A DNA stretch of 61,943 nucleotides from the NCBI GenBank assembly GCA_041489255.1, contig JBGPQV010000016.1:1-61943 (forward strand), read 5' to 3'. Below, piece by piece: positions 9,811 through 20,400 of this stretch. A program made the translations under genes and the position numbers. The stretch is from Thermoplasmata archaeon (lineage in GTDB: Archaea; Thermoplasmatota; Thermoplasmata; RBG-16-68-12; JAFNFQ01). A model generated the notes under the pieces. That model saw nothing but the letters and a program-made list of their open reading frames with translations, made no database searches and had not been told where the DNA came from. Each line of letters starts with the position of its first letter. The first letter of the stretch is position 1.

Positions 9811-10281
9811 GTGCCAATAAGCTCGAGACTAGACGCCAAGTACTGTACGGGGTGCGGATCCCCGATCGAGGCACTCGTCCGCCAGAGTTACTGCCCCTAT
9901 TGCGGCTGCAGGGATGAGGGCAAGAAGTTCTGCGCGGAATGCGGCACCTCGCTCGTCGACCTGCCGCAGAAGATGTCTGCCCAGCAGCCAGCCGCCACGA
10001 TGGCGGTCCAGGCAGCCATGAGTACACCGGCAGTCACCGCGCAGCCGACGATGATGGGTCCGCAGCCGACTCTGACCATACCGGAAACCACGCAGCAACC
10101 GCAGTGGGGCGGCGCTCAGCAGCCCACCACGGCGAGGCTCGCGAAGGCCTACTGCCCCGATTGCGGCAACGAGGCCACGTGGGTCACCCAGTACAACCAG
10201 TGGTACTGCTACGTGGACCAGAAGTACGTCGCGACCCCCTCGTACACGGAGCCGAAGAAAGGGCTGTTCAGGAAGCACTAG
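9811..10281 (+). CDS. Multi-zinc-ribbon protein with Q/P/T-rich linker
   Basis: CTGCG, CPYCG, CAECG and C-terminal CPDCG..WVTQYNQWYCY; GGTGA RBS before GTG 9811. Confidence 0.65.
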   Translation: MPISSRLDAKYCTGCGSPIEALVRQSYCPYCGCRDEGKKFCAECGTSLVDLPQKMSAQQPAATMAVQAAMSTPAVTAQPTMMGPQPTLTIPETTQQPQWGGAQQPTTARLAKAYCPDCGNEATWVTQYNQWYCYVDQKYVATPSYTEPKKGLFRKH

Positions 10282-10346
10282 TCCGCCGGCCCTTCCTATC
10301 CTCGGCAAGTCGAACGAGTCAGCCCAGCCAGTTTGCCGGCTGCACC

Positions 10347-11303
10347 CTATTTCCAGAGCCTCGGATATGTCCCCGGCTCCATGAGCACGCGCTTGGCCAT
10401 GGCCGTGACTCCCGTCTTGTCCGTCACCGTCTCCTCCGTACTCTTCTCGGCCTCCATCAGGGCGACGCCCTCACCCTTGCCTGTGTAGATTGCGACAAGG
10501 TCCCCTTTCCTCATGCCCCTATCAAGCTTCGCGACCCCCGGGACCGCAAGGCTGGCTCCGTGGCATATGGCGTCCACAGCCGTGTCCTTGACGATGATCG
10601 CCGGGAGATGCGCCAGCAGCCGTTCCATTGGCTGCACGATCCTCCTGATGTCCTTCTCGTCGCCTTCCTCTTTCCATAGCACGAACGCGTCCTTGAGGTC
10701 GCTAAGGCTCCTCGACTCCTTCTCGTGAAACGAAACCGCCCTCGTCCGCCTGAGGTCCGCGAGGTGCGCGCCGACGCCGAGCGCCTCTCCAAGGTCGTTG
10801 CACAGCGTCCTGATGTAGGTCCCCGATTCGCACCTGACGCGGAGGAGCGCGAGCCTGCCCTCGATCTCCAAGGGTTCCAGCTCGTAAATCGTCCTCGTGC
10901 GCATCTCTCGCTTGACCGCAGAACGAACCGGCGGGGTCTGGTAGACCTCGCCGACGAACTCCGAGAGCATCGTCCTCAGCCTCCCCTCGTCGACGTCCTG
11001 GTGAAGCTGCATCACCCCGACATATTCCTTGTCGCCGACGAGCATGGCGTCGAGGGCCCTCGTCGCGTTCTCGAGCGCGACAGGAAGGACGCCTGTGACG
11101 CGGGGATCCAGGGTGCCAGCGTGACCCGCCTTTGGGACGCCGAGCAGGTCCCTCACCCAGGCAGACACCTGGTGGCTTGTCGGGCCCTGCGGCTTGTCGA
11201 TGTTGATGACTCCCGCCTTGAGCAGCTCGGGGACCGACCGCTCCTCCGGTCTCTTGCCGTGGGGTCCCTCCGGGGTCTCGTGCAGGACGATGAGGTCGCT
11301 CAT
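10347..11303 (-). CDS. cbf5: H/ACA RNA-guided pseudouridine synthase Cbf5 (TruB family)
   Basis: IDKPQGPTSHQV, GHAGTLDP, GTYIRTLC and a PUA domain. Confidence 0.96.
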   Translation of the reverse strand: MSDLIVLHETPEGPHGKRPEERSVPELLKAGVINIDKPQGPTSHQVSAWVRDLLGVPKAGHAGTLDPRVTGVLPVALENATRALDAMLVGDKEYVGVMQLHQDVDEGRLRTMLSEFVGEVYQTPPVRSAVKREMRTRTIYELEPLEIEGRLALLRVRCESGTYIRTLCNDLGEALGVGAHLADLRRTRAVSFHEKESRSLSDLKDAFVLWKEEGDEKDIRRIVQPMERLLAHLPAIIVKDTAVDAICHGASLAVPGVAKLDRGMRKGDLVAIYTGKGEGVALMEAEKSTEETVTDKTGVTAMAKRVLMEPGTYPRLWK

Positions 11304-11836
11304 CCTTGCACCTTGGACCAGATGAGCTCTGAGACTTCCTCGGCTGTCTTCTCTCCGGAATCGATCGTGATGTCGTAAACGCTGAGGTCGGTTATGTCTA
11401 TCTTATAGATATCGAGGTACCTGGTCCTCTCGCTCCTCTCTCGCTCTTTTATCTCCCTCAGCGCCTGGCTGGCGGTCTTCGCTTCCCTTTCCGCCACGCG
11501 CTTCGCCCTGACATTGACCGGTGCGTCGATGTGAGCACCAAAGAATGTCGCGCCTTCCCTCTGCAGCAGGTATGCCTGCAGGCGGCTGTCGACGATGAGG
11601 CTTTCCTTCTGCCCCCGCTCGAGGACCTCCTTCGTGACCTTCCCGTCCAGCTCCTGGTCGACCTCGTGATGCTTCTGAGCGAAGGCGCCGCACTCCTCGA
11701 GGGTCATGCCCCTGCGCACCGCCTCGTCGCGGAACATCGAGCCGGAGGAAACCACCGCCAGCCCATGTCTCTCTGAAAGAAGACCGACGACCGTGCTCTT
11801 CCCGCTCCCCGGCGTCCCGCCAATCACGACGATCAT
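11300..11836 (-). CDS. cmk: Archaeal cytidylate kinase
   Basis: GGTPGSGKST, SGSMFR, REIKERERSE..RY, DLSVYD. Confidence 0.9.
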   Translation of the reverse strand: MIVVIGGTPGSGKSTVVGLLSERHGLAVVSSGSMFRDEAVRRGMTLEECGAFAQKHHEVDQELDGKVTKEVLERGQKESLIVDSRLQAYLLQREGATFFGAHIDAPVNVRAKRVAEREAKTASQALREIKERERSERTRYLDIYKIDITDLSVYDITIDSGEKTAEEVSELIWSKVQG

Positions 11837-11844
11837 GGGGACAC

Positions 11845-12528
11845 CTAGCTGGCCTCGGCGGCGGGGCTCATTGCGGCCAGTTTCTTCCTGAAGCTGAGGA
11901 ACTTGAGGAGCCTGGCGAACAGCTGGCCGAGGAAGATGTTGAACAGCATGTAGAGCAGGAGCCAGGACGCGAAGACGTAGGAGGCGGTCATGCTGGTCTG
12001 GAAAGACCACGGCACGGCGAAGAGCGTGGTCCCCTTCCCCATCGCCGTCGTGTTCACGAAGTTGTTCAGCCAGAAGTAGACCAGGATGAACATGAGGAAG
12101 GTGAAGGCCATGTACTTCATCATCGAGCCGGTCATGCCGAGGTTGTCGGCCCTCATCTTGTTCGTCTGCTCCCTGAGCTTCTCGACCTTGGCCGTATTCC
12201 CCCGGCGCAGGGCCTCCATCGTGGCCTTGCTGAGGGCGCTGGTCTGCTTCTGCGTCTTCGCCATCTTGACCCAGTCGGTGAAGATATGCCTGATGATCGT
12301 CGAGACCCCCGTGGTCAGAGTTGCCGCGAAGAACAGCGTGACGACGGGATAGCGACCGCCAAAGCCGAATAGGGGGTCGAGGATCGCCGACGCCCCCATC
12401 CCGAGCGCGTTCGAGAGAGACGGGTCGATCATCACCATGAAGGTCAGCAGAAGGAGGAATATCGAGACCTTGGAGGAGGTGCTGAGACCTGGCCTAGGAG
12501 GCGGCCGGGTCGGTGTTCCCTGAGCCAT
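11845..12528 (-). CDS. DUF106 / EMC3-TMCO1 (Oxa1 superfamily) membrane protein
   Basis: TM, then coiled coil (TDWVKMAKTQK), then TMs ending WLLLY; canonical position upstream of cmk. Confidence 0.8.
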   Translation of the reverse strand: MAQGTPTRPPPRPGLSTSSKVSIFLLLLTFMVMIDPSLSNALGMGASAILDPLFGFGGRYPVVTLFFAATLTTGVSTIIRHIFTDWVKMAKTQKQTSALSKATMEALRRGNTAKVEKLREQTNKMRADNLGMTGSMMKYMAFTFLMFILVYFWLNNFVNTTAMGKGTTLFAVPWSFQTSMTASYVFASWLLLYMLFNIFLGQLFARLLKFLSFRKKLAAMSPAAEAS

Positions 12529-12601
12529 CTGTCAGTCTAATGCCCTGTGAATATAAGGATTTGGGGGGCGCGCTCAATGCTGCCCCGGGATGGCCGCGGT
12601 C

Positions 12602-12973
12602 CTAGCTCTCCTTGCCTTCCCCTTCGCTTCCCACGCCGAGCGCCTCGGAGATCCTCTGCTGGAGCTGCTCGAACCTCTCGCCCAGGGACGTCTCCTGCTT
12701 CTGGATCGCCCTGACGCGGATCGAGACGGTCTCCTTGTGCTCCTCCAGCTCCTTCTTGACGGACTCGTGGTCGTCCGCGCGGACCAGCAGCGTGCCTATC
12801 GACTTGTAGACGACTGCCTCGGGGCCGATCTTGGCCAGCTCTTGGAGTGAGCCGCCGATCTCCCTGGCCTTCGCCTCCAGCTGCATGCGCTGCGAAGCGA
12901 GCACCTGCAACTGCTGCTGCAACTGCTGATACTGCGCAATCTGGTTCTGCATCTGCGGAGAAATCTCCTTCAT
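12602..12973 (-). CDS. pfdB: Prefoldin beta subunit
   Basis: QYQQLQQQLQ...VYKSIGTLLV coiled-coil/beta-hairpin. Confidence 0.92.
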   Translation of the reverse strand: MKEISPQMQNQIAQYQQLQQQLQVLASQRMQLEAKAREIGGSLQELAKIGPEAVVYKSIGTLLVRADDHESVKKELEEHKETVSIRVRAIQKQETSLGERFEQLQQRISEALGVGSEGEGKES

Positions 12974-13209
12974 CCTCGCACCTCTTTCGCGACCTTTGCC
13001 GCAACGTCGGCCCAGCGCAGGTAGGAGTTCAGCGCGGCCCTGATCCCCGCCACGTCGCCCGCTTCGATGGTTATCGTCGCCTCGCCCGGCATGCTTTCCA
13101 CATTGATCGACGTGCCCGGTATGTCCCTGCCGGCCTCTGGAGAAAGCGACCTCGCCACGATCTCTGCCTCCTCCCCCTTGAAAGAGACGACCGCCCTGTT
13201 CCGGTTCAG
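12970..13209 (-). CDS. pcc1: KEOPS complex subunit Pcc1
   Basis: SLSPE...IEAGDVAGIRAALNSYLRW; lies between rpoP and pfdB. Start inferred at a CTG. Confidence 0.85.
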   Translation of the reverse strand: MNRNRAVVSFKGEEAEIVARSLSPEAGRDIPGTSINVESMPGEATITIEAGDVAGIRAALNSYLRWADVAAKVAKEVRG

Positions 13210-13340
13210 CGGGACTTCACCACCTTCTTGACGTTCGGCCTCTCCTTGTAAAAGATCTTCGAGCCGCATCGCTCGCACTGAATGCCGACGGTGTTGATGT
13301 TGGCGTGGATCGGTTCCTTGCAGACGGCGCACTTGTACAT
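13206..13340 (-). CDS. rpoP: RNA polymerase subunit P (Rpo12)
   Basis: Hand translation MYKCAVCKEPIHANINTVGIQCERCGSKIFYKERPNVKKVVKSR* (below the ORF-track length cutoff). Confidence 0.92.
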   Translation of the reverse strand: MYKCAVCKEPIHANINTVGIQCERCGSKIFYKERPNVKKVVKSR

Positions 13341-13341
13341 C

Positions 13342-13641
13342 TCAGCTCTTGATCTCCTCTTCCTCTTTCTCCGCCGCCGCTTCCTCGGCAGTTGGCGGGA
13401 GCTCTCTCTTGATCGAGGTGGTGACGACAGGCCTGTAAGCCCCGCCGGCGAAGGCGAGCCCGCACCGCCGGCACTTCCAGACGCCTGAGGCGACCCGCTT
13501 CACGTTCCTCGCGAGGCATCTCGGGCAGGGGTGACGCTGCTTCTGCAGCTCCTCGACCTCCTGCACCCTGCGCCTTATCCTCACCCCGTACCGGGGACCG
13601 AGCCTGCCGGCGATGCCGGCCTTGAGCGTCCTGCGAGCCAT
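13342..13641 (-). CDS. rpl37ae: 50S ribosomal protein L37Ae
   Basis: GRLGPRYG...CPRC...GVWKCRRCG..FAGGAY. Confidence 0.95.
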   Translation of the reverse strand: MARRTLKAGIAGRLGPRYGVRIRRRVQEVEELQKQRHPCPRCLARNVKRVASGVWKCRRCGLAFAGGAYRPVVTTSIKRELPPTAEEAAAEKEEEEIKS

Positions 13642-13646
13642 GTTCT

Positions 13647-14417
13647 TCAAGCCTTTATCTTCGTGCGAATCACTTCACTGGCCTTGAGGGCCAGCCCTAT
13701 CACACGGCTGATCTCTTCGTAACTGAAGCTTCCTCTTAACCCTTTCTGCATCGCCCTGATGTCGCCGTTCTCGTCGGTCGCGATCGTCAGCCTGGCGTCG
13801 GCTATCTGCTCCTCCTGCCGGTTCGGGTCGATGACGATCACGTCCCTGATCTTCGCGGCGGTGACGCTTACCGGGTAATGCTGGATGGGGAGCGGGTAGT
13901 CCTCCTTCCCTATCTTCGATGCGGGCACCTTCGTGCAGGTGAGGGCGGACATGGCCCCGTATGAGGCCGCGTCGAAGAGGTTCCCGTCGTAGTCCAGGAC
14001 GTGCATGTCGACGAAGCAGATCCAGACCTTCTCCTTCGGCGTGACGCAGAGCTTCTTGAAGTCTATCGTGTGCGCCTCGCGTATTCCCCTGTCCACGACC
14101 CTCGCGATCTCTATCGCGTCGGGGCGCGGCGGGCCCGACTCGAAGTTGGGGCTCGCCATCGGTATCAGTTCCACGCCCGTGCTGAGCACGCCCGAGTCTG
14201 GCGTGTCGGGGTAGGGCACGCCCAGCTCGACCTTGACGCCGACGAGGACGTCGGTGTTTCCGAGCTTCACCCTTGCCGAGCCCTCGGCGTTCTTGATGTA
14301 GTTCTTCTCGATGGTCAGGGGCCGGACCTCTTCCGGGGTCCTGCCGTCCGACCTGGTCCCGCTGGCAGCGAGCCTGTAGACGCGCTCTCTCTGCAGCTCG
14401 GATATCAGCTCGGTCAT
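13647..14417 (-). CDS. rrp42: Exosome complex component Rrp42
   Basis: [32 protein letters not shown]. Confidence 0.95.
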   Translation of the reverse strand: MTELISELQRERVYRLAASGTRSDGRTPEEVRPLTIEKNYIKNAEGSARVKLGNTDVLVGVKVELGVPYPDTPDSGVLSTGVELIPMASPNFESGPPRPDAIEIARVVDRGIREAHTIDFKKLCVTPKEKVWICFVDMHVLDYDGNLFDAASYGAMSALTCTKVPASKIGKEDYPLPIQHYPVSVTAAKIRDVIVIDPNRQEEQIADARLTIATDENGDIRAMQKGLRGSFSYEEISRVIGLALKASEVIRTKIKA

Positions 14418-15265
14418 TGCGGTCCCTCCATGTCCTCTGGTGGCATTTCGGGCGGTGCTTGCCTCTCCAGGGGCGCCTGTCTCTCCGGGGGTGCCTGCTC
14501 AGGCTGGTCCGAGAACTCCTCGGCGGTGACCGCGTAGCGCTTCCTCAGGGCCTCCTTCTGCATCTCGTAGATCCCGCCTATCGCGTCCTTGACCATGCCG
14601 AACGCCTTGTCGAATTCGTCGAGCGTGAGGTGCCCGTCCATCTGGAGGAGAAGTACCTCGCCGGTCCTGGGGATCATCGCAACTGGCATGTCCGCGTCTC
14701 CATAGTTGTCCTCCTCCTTGCGGAGGTCGAGGCAGACGACGCCGTCTATCTTCCCGACGGCGCAAGAGGCGACAAGGTCCCTCATCGGGATGCCCGCGTC
14801 GGCGAGCGCGATGGAGGCGGCGGTGAGGCCGGCGCACCTCGTCCCCGCATCCGCCTGAAGAATCTCGATGTAGATGTCCACGCTCGCGCGCGGGAACTGC
14901 TCTGAGAAGACGACTGAGTCGAACGCCTCGGAGATTACCTTGCTTATCTCCACGGACCTGCGGTCAGGTCCCGGCCTCTTCCTCTCAGTCACGGAGAAAG
15001 GCGCCATGTTGTACCTGCACTGCACGAGCGCCTTCGTCGGGTCCTGCAGGTGCCTGGGGTGTGCCTCGCGCGGCCCGTAGACGGCGGCGAGGACCTTGTT
15101 CCCTCCCCACTCGATGTACGCGCTCCCGTCAGCCCTCTTCAGCACCCCGACCTCCATCCTGATTGGCCTCATGTCCTCGGGCTTCCGGCCATCCAGTCTC
15201 AAGCCATTCTCGTCGATCAGCTTCATTTTCTTCTCTATGTGTTCCACGTCTTCCATCGTCATCAC
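14414..15265 (-). CDS. rrp41: Exosome complex exonuclease Rrp41
   Basis: [35 protein letters not shown]. Confidence 0.96.
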   Translation of the reverse strand: MMTMEDVEHIEKKMKLIDENGLRLDGRKPEDMRPIRMEVGVLKRADGSAYIEWGGNKVLAAVYGPREAHPRHLQDPTKALVQCRYNMAPFSVTERKRPGPDRRSVEISKVISEAFDSVVFSEQFPRASVDIYIEILQADAGTRCAGLTAASIALADAGIPMRDLVASCAVGKIDGVVCLDLRKEEDNYGDADMPVAMIPRTGEVLLLQMDGHLTLDEFDKAFGMVKDAIGGIYEMQKEALRKRYAVTAEEFSDQPEQAPPERQAPLERQAPPEMPPEDMEGPQ

Positions 15266-15960
15266 CTCGGCCTGGGGCCGGCCCTCATACCATACTCGGT
15301 CTCCAGAAACGCCCTCACGGACTCAGTCAGCCCCATCATGTGGGCGCGTTCCTCGATCATCTCCACGGCCCTGGAGACCACGGCCATGTCCTTCGGTTCG
15401 CCGTCAATCCACGCGCGGCCGTTCTGGCCCACCAGCAGTCGGCAGCGGGTGAAGTCCATCAGCATTGCTATCATGCTGCCCCTCGCGCCGATCAGGCGCG
15501 CGACCTTCGACGGTGATATGTCGACCAGCTGCCCCTCGGTCAACCGCCTCGAGTCCATGTCCTGCATCGTGAGCTCGATGTGCTTGATCTCGTCCACGGT
15601 GAGCACGTTGGCGATTATCGTGTCCCCGATCTCGAGATACCTGCCCGTGTCGCCGAAGTCTATGCGCCACGGGGTCTCCGCGGGATGCAGGGCAGCGGGG
15701 TAGGGTGCTTTGATGTTCACGAGCCAGTGAGAAGGCCCCCTGTCGGTGATTATGCCGATGACGAGGTCATCCGGGTACGGCATGTACCTGCCGCTGAGGC
15801 GTATCACGCCGACGCGGCCGTACCTCTCCGTCCTTATGCCGAGCAGGGACGAGAAGACCTCCTCTCGCTCGGCGAATGTGCCTCGACCAGGCTTTACGTT
15901 CCTGCCACCTAGCAGCTCGCCAGGGATTACAATTTCCCTTCTTGCGGGCCCACTGTCCAT
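15262..15960 (-). CDS. rrp4: Exosome RNA-binding protein Rrp4
   Basis: VIPGE, S1 domain, KH motif [20 protein letters not shown]. Confidence 0.93.
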   Translation of the reverse strand: MDSGPARREIVIPGELLGGRNVKPGRGTFAEREEVFSSLLGIRTERYGRVGVIRLSGRYMPYPDDLVIGIITDRGPSHWLVNIKAPYPAALHPAETPWRIDFGDTGRYLEIGDTIIANVLTVDEIKHIELTMQDMDSRRLTEGQLVDISPSKVARLIGARGSMIAMLMDFTRCRLLVGQNGRAWIDGEPKDMAVVSRAVEMIEERAHMMGLTESVRAFLETEYGMRAGPRPR

Positions 15961-16209
15961 CGGGTCACCCTTCACGGGAAAGGAAAAGGGTCAGTGCACT
16001 TCCGTGGTGCCCGGACTCAGCCTTCCTTTTTCTCTCTCTCGTTCAGCCGGTGCAACTGGGGGATGGTATTTTAGTCTTGTGTATTAGGGGGTATCAGGCC
16101 AGATCGGCGTCCTCTCCATGCAATCGAGAAGCAGCGCGGGCGGCGGGTCTTGAGGCGGGGCTCGAGGCCCAAAAAGGATAAATGTGCGTACAGACAGTGG
16201 CGCAGGCTG

Positions 16210-16698
16210 ATGAAGATTCGCGAGATCATGGCGAAGACACTCACCACAGTAGAGGCGGGCGAGACGCTCGAGGCGGCCGCGAAGAGGATGACCGAGAACG
16301 GCGTGAGCGGCGCCCCGGTCGTGGACAGAGAAGGGAACCTGGTGGGGATTCTGAGCGAGTCGGATATCCTGAAGCACATGAAGACGCTGGTGGATGACGA
16401 GGTCGGGATGCGCTATCTCTCAGACACGACGCACTCACTTTCGCTCTTCGTCATGCTCGCGGAGAGGGACCACGAGGTCAGGGAGGCAGTCTTCAGGCGT
16501 CTGCGCGCGGCGAAGGTGGGGAAGGCGATGACGAAGGACGTCTTCACCGCCAAGCCGAACGACACGATAGAGTCGGTCGCTGCTCAGATGATCGAGCACA
16601 ACGTCAACAGGATCCCGATAGTCGAAGGCGCGAAGGTCGTCGGGATAGTGACCAAGGCGGACTTCGCCAGGCTTGTCGCGACAGGCCAGCCGCGCTAA
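16210..16698 (+). CDS. CBS-pair protein
   Basis: SGAPVVD..GILSESD and NRIPIV..GIVTKAD. Confidence 0.88.
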   Translation: MKIREIMAKTLTTVEAGETLEAAAKRMTENGVSGAPVVDREGNLVGILSESDILKHMKTLVDDEVGMRYLSDTTHSLSLFVMLAERDHEVREAVFRRLRAAKVGKAMTKDVFTAKPNDTIESVAAQMIEHNVNRIPIVEGAKVVGIVTKADFARLVATGQPR

Positions 16699-17234
16699 AG
16701 CCACTTGATCGAGCAGCCAACTGCGGCGGTCTCCTTTGTTCGCACAGGCTTTCCCGCCAGTAGGTCGTCCAGCGCCTCGCGCATGTACTTCCTCTTGACC
16801 TTGGCGGGGTCTTGGTAGTTGTCGTCTATTGCTCCGTGGTATCTGAGCAAGAGGTCCTGGTCGAACAGGAAGACCTCGGGAGTCTTGTTAGGGCCGTAGG
16901 CCTTCGCGACGCTCTGGTCCTCGTCTCTGAGATAGGGGAAGTTGAACTTCTTGTCCTTCGCTCTCTTTATCATGTGCGCGAAGTCGTCCTCCGGGAAGTT
17001 CTTCGTCTCGTTGCTGTTGATCGCGATGAGCTGCACGCCTTTGGAGGCGTAGTCCCTCTGCAGCTCGACGATGCGATCCTCGTACGCCTGGGCGTAGGGG
17101 CAATGGTTGCACGAGAAGATCACCGCAACCGCCTTCTTGTCCTTGAACGCGTCAAGACTGTGTTTCTTGCCGTCGACACCGGGGAGATCGAACGCGGGGG
17201 CTTTGGAGCCAACCTTCAGGGTCTGGAGATTCAT
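16695..17234 (-). CDS. Thioredoxin-fold AhpC/TSA-family redoxin
   Basis: CNHCPY, FPYLRD, TPEVF, YHGAIDD, GCSIKW. Confidence 0.9.
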   Translation of the reverse strand: MNLQTLKVGSKAPAFDLPGVDGKKHSLDAFKDKKAVAVIFSCNHCPYAQAYEDRIVELQRDYASKGVQLIAINSNETKNFPEDDFAHMIKRAKDKKFNFPYLRDEDQSVAKAYGPNKTPEVFLFDQDLLLRYHGAIDDNYQDPAKVKRKYMREALDDLLAGKPVRTKETAAVGCSIKWL

Positions 17235-17431
17235 TGCGACACCGGAATCAGAAGAACACCGACTCTACTTAGCCTTTCTCGATTCCCGAAGAGTGATTTC
17301 ACCACCAGCTCCAATTGGACTGACTCACAATCTCTTGGACTATCGCGGTACGACAAGCATCATATTCTGTGTTGCCTTCCGTGTAACGGGTTATATATGG
17401 CAGACGGCCTGATGAGGACGCGGACGTGCTC

Positions 17432-20400
17432 ATGAGGCGAGGGTACATTGCTTGGGGAAGCATATCACTGCTGCTGGTATCTTCACTCGTCATCACAACG
17501 GTTCCTGAAGGGGTTCAAGCCGTAACGTATGTCGGCGGGAATATCTGGACTGACACGACTTGGGACTTGGCAGGAAGCCCTTGGATGGTCATCTCTTCCA
17601 TAACCATAGCGCCAGGCGCCTCTCTAACAATTGAAGCTGGGGTCGAAGTCCGATTCAACAGCCTGACCGGTGTCGACGTGTATGGGAATCTCACGATTCT
17701 AGGTACTGCAGGGGCAACTGTATGGCTCCGCCTGAACGGCACACTTCCTCCTGGCTGGATGGGGATAGCCGCCCACGAGGATGCCCATCTCCAGATATCT
17801 CACTCTCTCTTCGAGGATGTAGAAATCGGCTTTGACAACCCAGTGGTCAGTGCTTTGAAAACAGCGAATCTCCTCATCACCAACGTGACGATTGTCGGGG
17901 GGAATCAATGCATCAAACTGCATCAGACAGTCAACGCCACGCTCAGGGACATCTCCTGCGCATCGTCGGACCTTGGAATGAATAGCGTGAACACTCAGGG
18001 GACGATGGTCAACAATGTTACGTTTCAATTCGGCGAAGGCCGGGGTCTCGGGATTCAGGCGTCTGGCGACCACGGCCTCGTGCTGGACTCCATCGTCATC
18101 CGAACGCCGACATCCGGCATATCGATACAAGATGCTACCGGGCTATCCTTGCGGAATTCCACGGTGCACATATGCGACTATGTTTCGAATGCATACAGTC
18201 TTCGACTACAAAATGCGACGGACATCTCTCTGCTTGGCAATGTGCTTGAATTCTGCGACGGGCCGACTCAAGATGTCAAGTGGTGGCCGCTCAACCTGAC
18301 AGGAGTGGACAATCTCACTGTTGATGGCAATGCCTTTCTCTCTGCATCTAGCGGACCATCAGTCAGCTATAGATTCGATTTCGATCATAGTCCCTTGGTG
18401 ATCAGGAATCGATTCGAGCAATCAGTTGGAGAGATGATTCTCAGCGGTGCCGTCCTATGGAACGACACTTGTTCTGGCAACTACTGGCACGATTACACGG
18501 GCACTGACTGGAATGAAGATGGCATAGGAGATGTGCCCTTCATGATCATGAACGGCACTTGGGACTGGCTTCCGATGATGCGAGAGGGGGGCTGCTATAG
18601 CCCTTCCGCACCTCCCTTGCGTGTGCCGCCAGGGATTACGCGAATCACCTACGAGACCATGGACCAGACATCCCCTCAGATCTACCATAACCTTGTGATG
18701 TGGCGGGATAGCGGAAAGGACGAGGAGCACTCGTATGATATCGGGACGGAAAGCTATGGCGAGCTGCCCCACGGTGGGTTCCTGTTTAAGGATCGCATCG
18801 TCGACGCAGTCGGAAGCGCTATCACGGAATATCAGCGAAGCACGAATCGAAGTGTTGAACGATATCGTCCTCTTGGTGCAGGTGAGGGTGCTCCTCAGAT
18901 CTCGGATCGCTATATGATTTGGAGCTACAACGACATACTCTCAGAGGCATATCTATCCTACAAGGACTTGCTGACTGGCGCAACCCATAGAAACTCCTTC
19001 TGGGCTGGTTGGCCTGACTATGATATCGACGGGGAGCTTGTGGCTTACTCTGCATGGACTGGCCATTTCACCTACCCTCCTTCTTGCGATGAGGTCCGTC
19101 TCTCAAGCCTCCGGGACGGATGGACCCACCAGGTGACCTATTTCAACGAAGTGGGGGGAGACTCGTGTCCGCCCGGCGCTCACTACCAAATCTCTCACGT
19201 CCATATGGCAGGCGGTTCGATTGTCTTCCAGGTCGACTACTGGACATCATGGACGGAGCCGCCGACATGGTTCTCCCAAGAGGTATATCTGTATTCGATC
19301 CCTGACGATACATTAACCCAGATCAGCCCTGAAGGTGCGTGGGCGTATTCACCTGATGTCTCGGATGGGTGGGCGGTATGGCTCGACAACTCCACCGGCG
19401 ACTCCGACATCGTGCTCCTCAATCTGACCAATTGGAAAACATACCGTATTCCCAGACCAGGAGAGCAAATGTACCCTCGAATCTACGAGAACATTATCAC
19501 GTGGCAGGATCAGATCAACGGAACCTGGCAGATATTCGTCGCGAACCTGAGCTTCATCGTCGTCGATATCGATGCGATCCCAAATCCCCAGATTACGTCG
19601 GCACCGCTATCCATACGAGCCACCGTCTTGAACGTCAGGCCGACGGTCGGTGTCTGGGTTGAAATCAGGAAGCCTGGTGGGGGAATCCTGGAGAACGCCT
19701 CCATGGTGGATGATGGCGGTGGAGCTTGCCACTACACGGGGACGTACTCCGAAACAGGGACTTACACATTCAAAGTCAGCGCGGTCGATGATCGCGGCAG
19801 TTGGGTGTCCGAGAACGGAACGTTCGATATCCGTGACACCTCAGGACCGAGAATTTCCTCCTACGGCGCAAATCCTGCTGTTCAGGAAGCAGGTGGAAGC
19901 GTCAACGTTACCGCGATAGTCACGGATGAATCCGCAGTCGCAGGCGTCTGGCTGAATGTCAGCGATCCATCCGGTGGAACCTCCAACAACACAATGACAT
20001 CGAGCCCTGGCGACGAGTACTACGTGAACTCCTCATATGTTCAGCTCGGGACCTACGTCTACACCATAGCCGCGAAGGACCCGTTCGACAATTGGAACTC
20101 CGTGGCAGGGACGTTCAGGATCGTGGACTCGTCCCCGCCAGAAATTATTTCCGTGAACATCGATCCAAATCCTGGAGAATTACACATCCCGGTCAACATC
20201 TCGGCGACTGTGACGGACAACCTGAGGGTCAAGTCCGTCACCCTTTACGTCGCCGGTCCAGGAGTAAATGGCAATTGGCCGATGGTCAAGGGCCTTGGCG
20301 ACGGATGGTTCCTCTCCCAGAGCTATGATTCCGTTGGCCTCCACGACTACCGGATAGTTGCACAGGACTCATCGGGGAATACGAAGGAGTCGAGTGGGAG

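Noticed and set aside
14430-14510. ERQAP tandem repeat in the Rrp41 tail
   Set aside because: Short disordered-tail expansion with no sign of a separate function.
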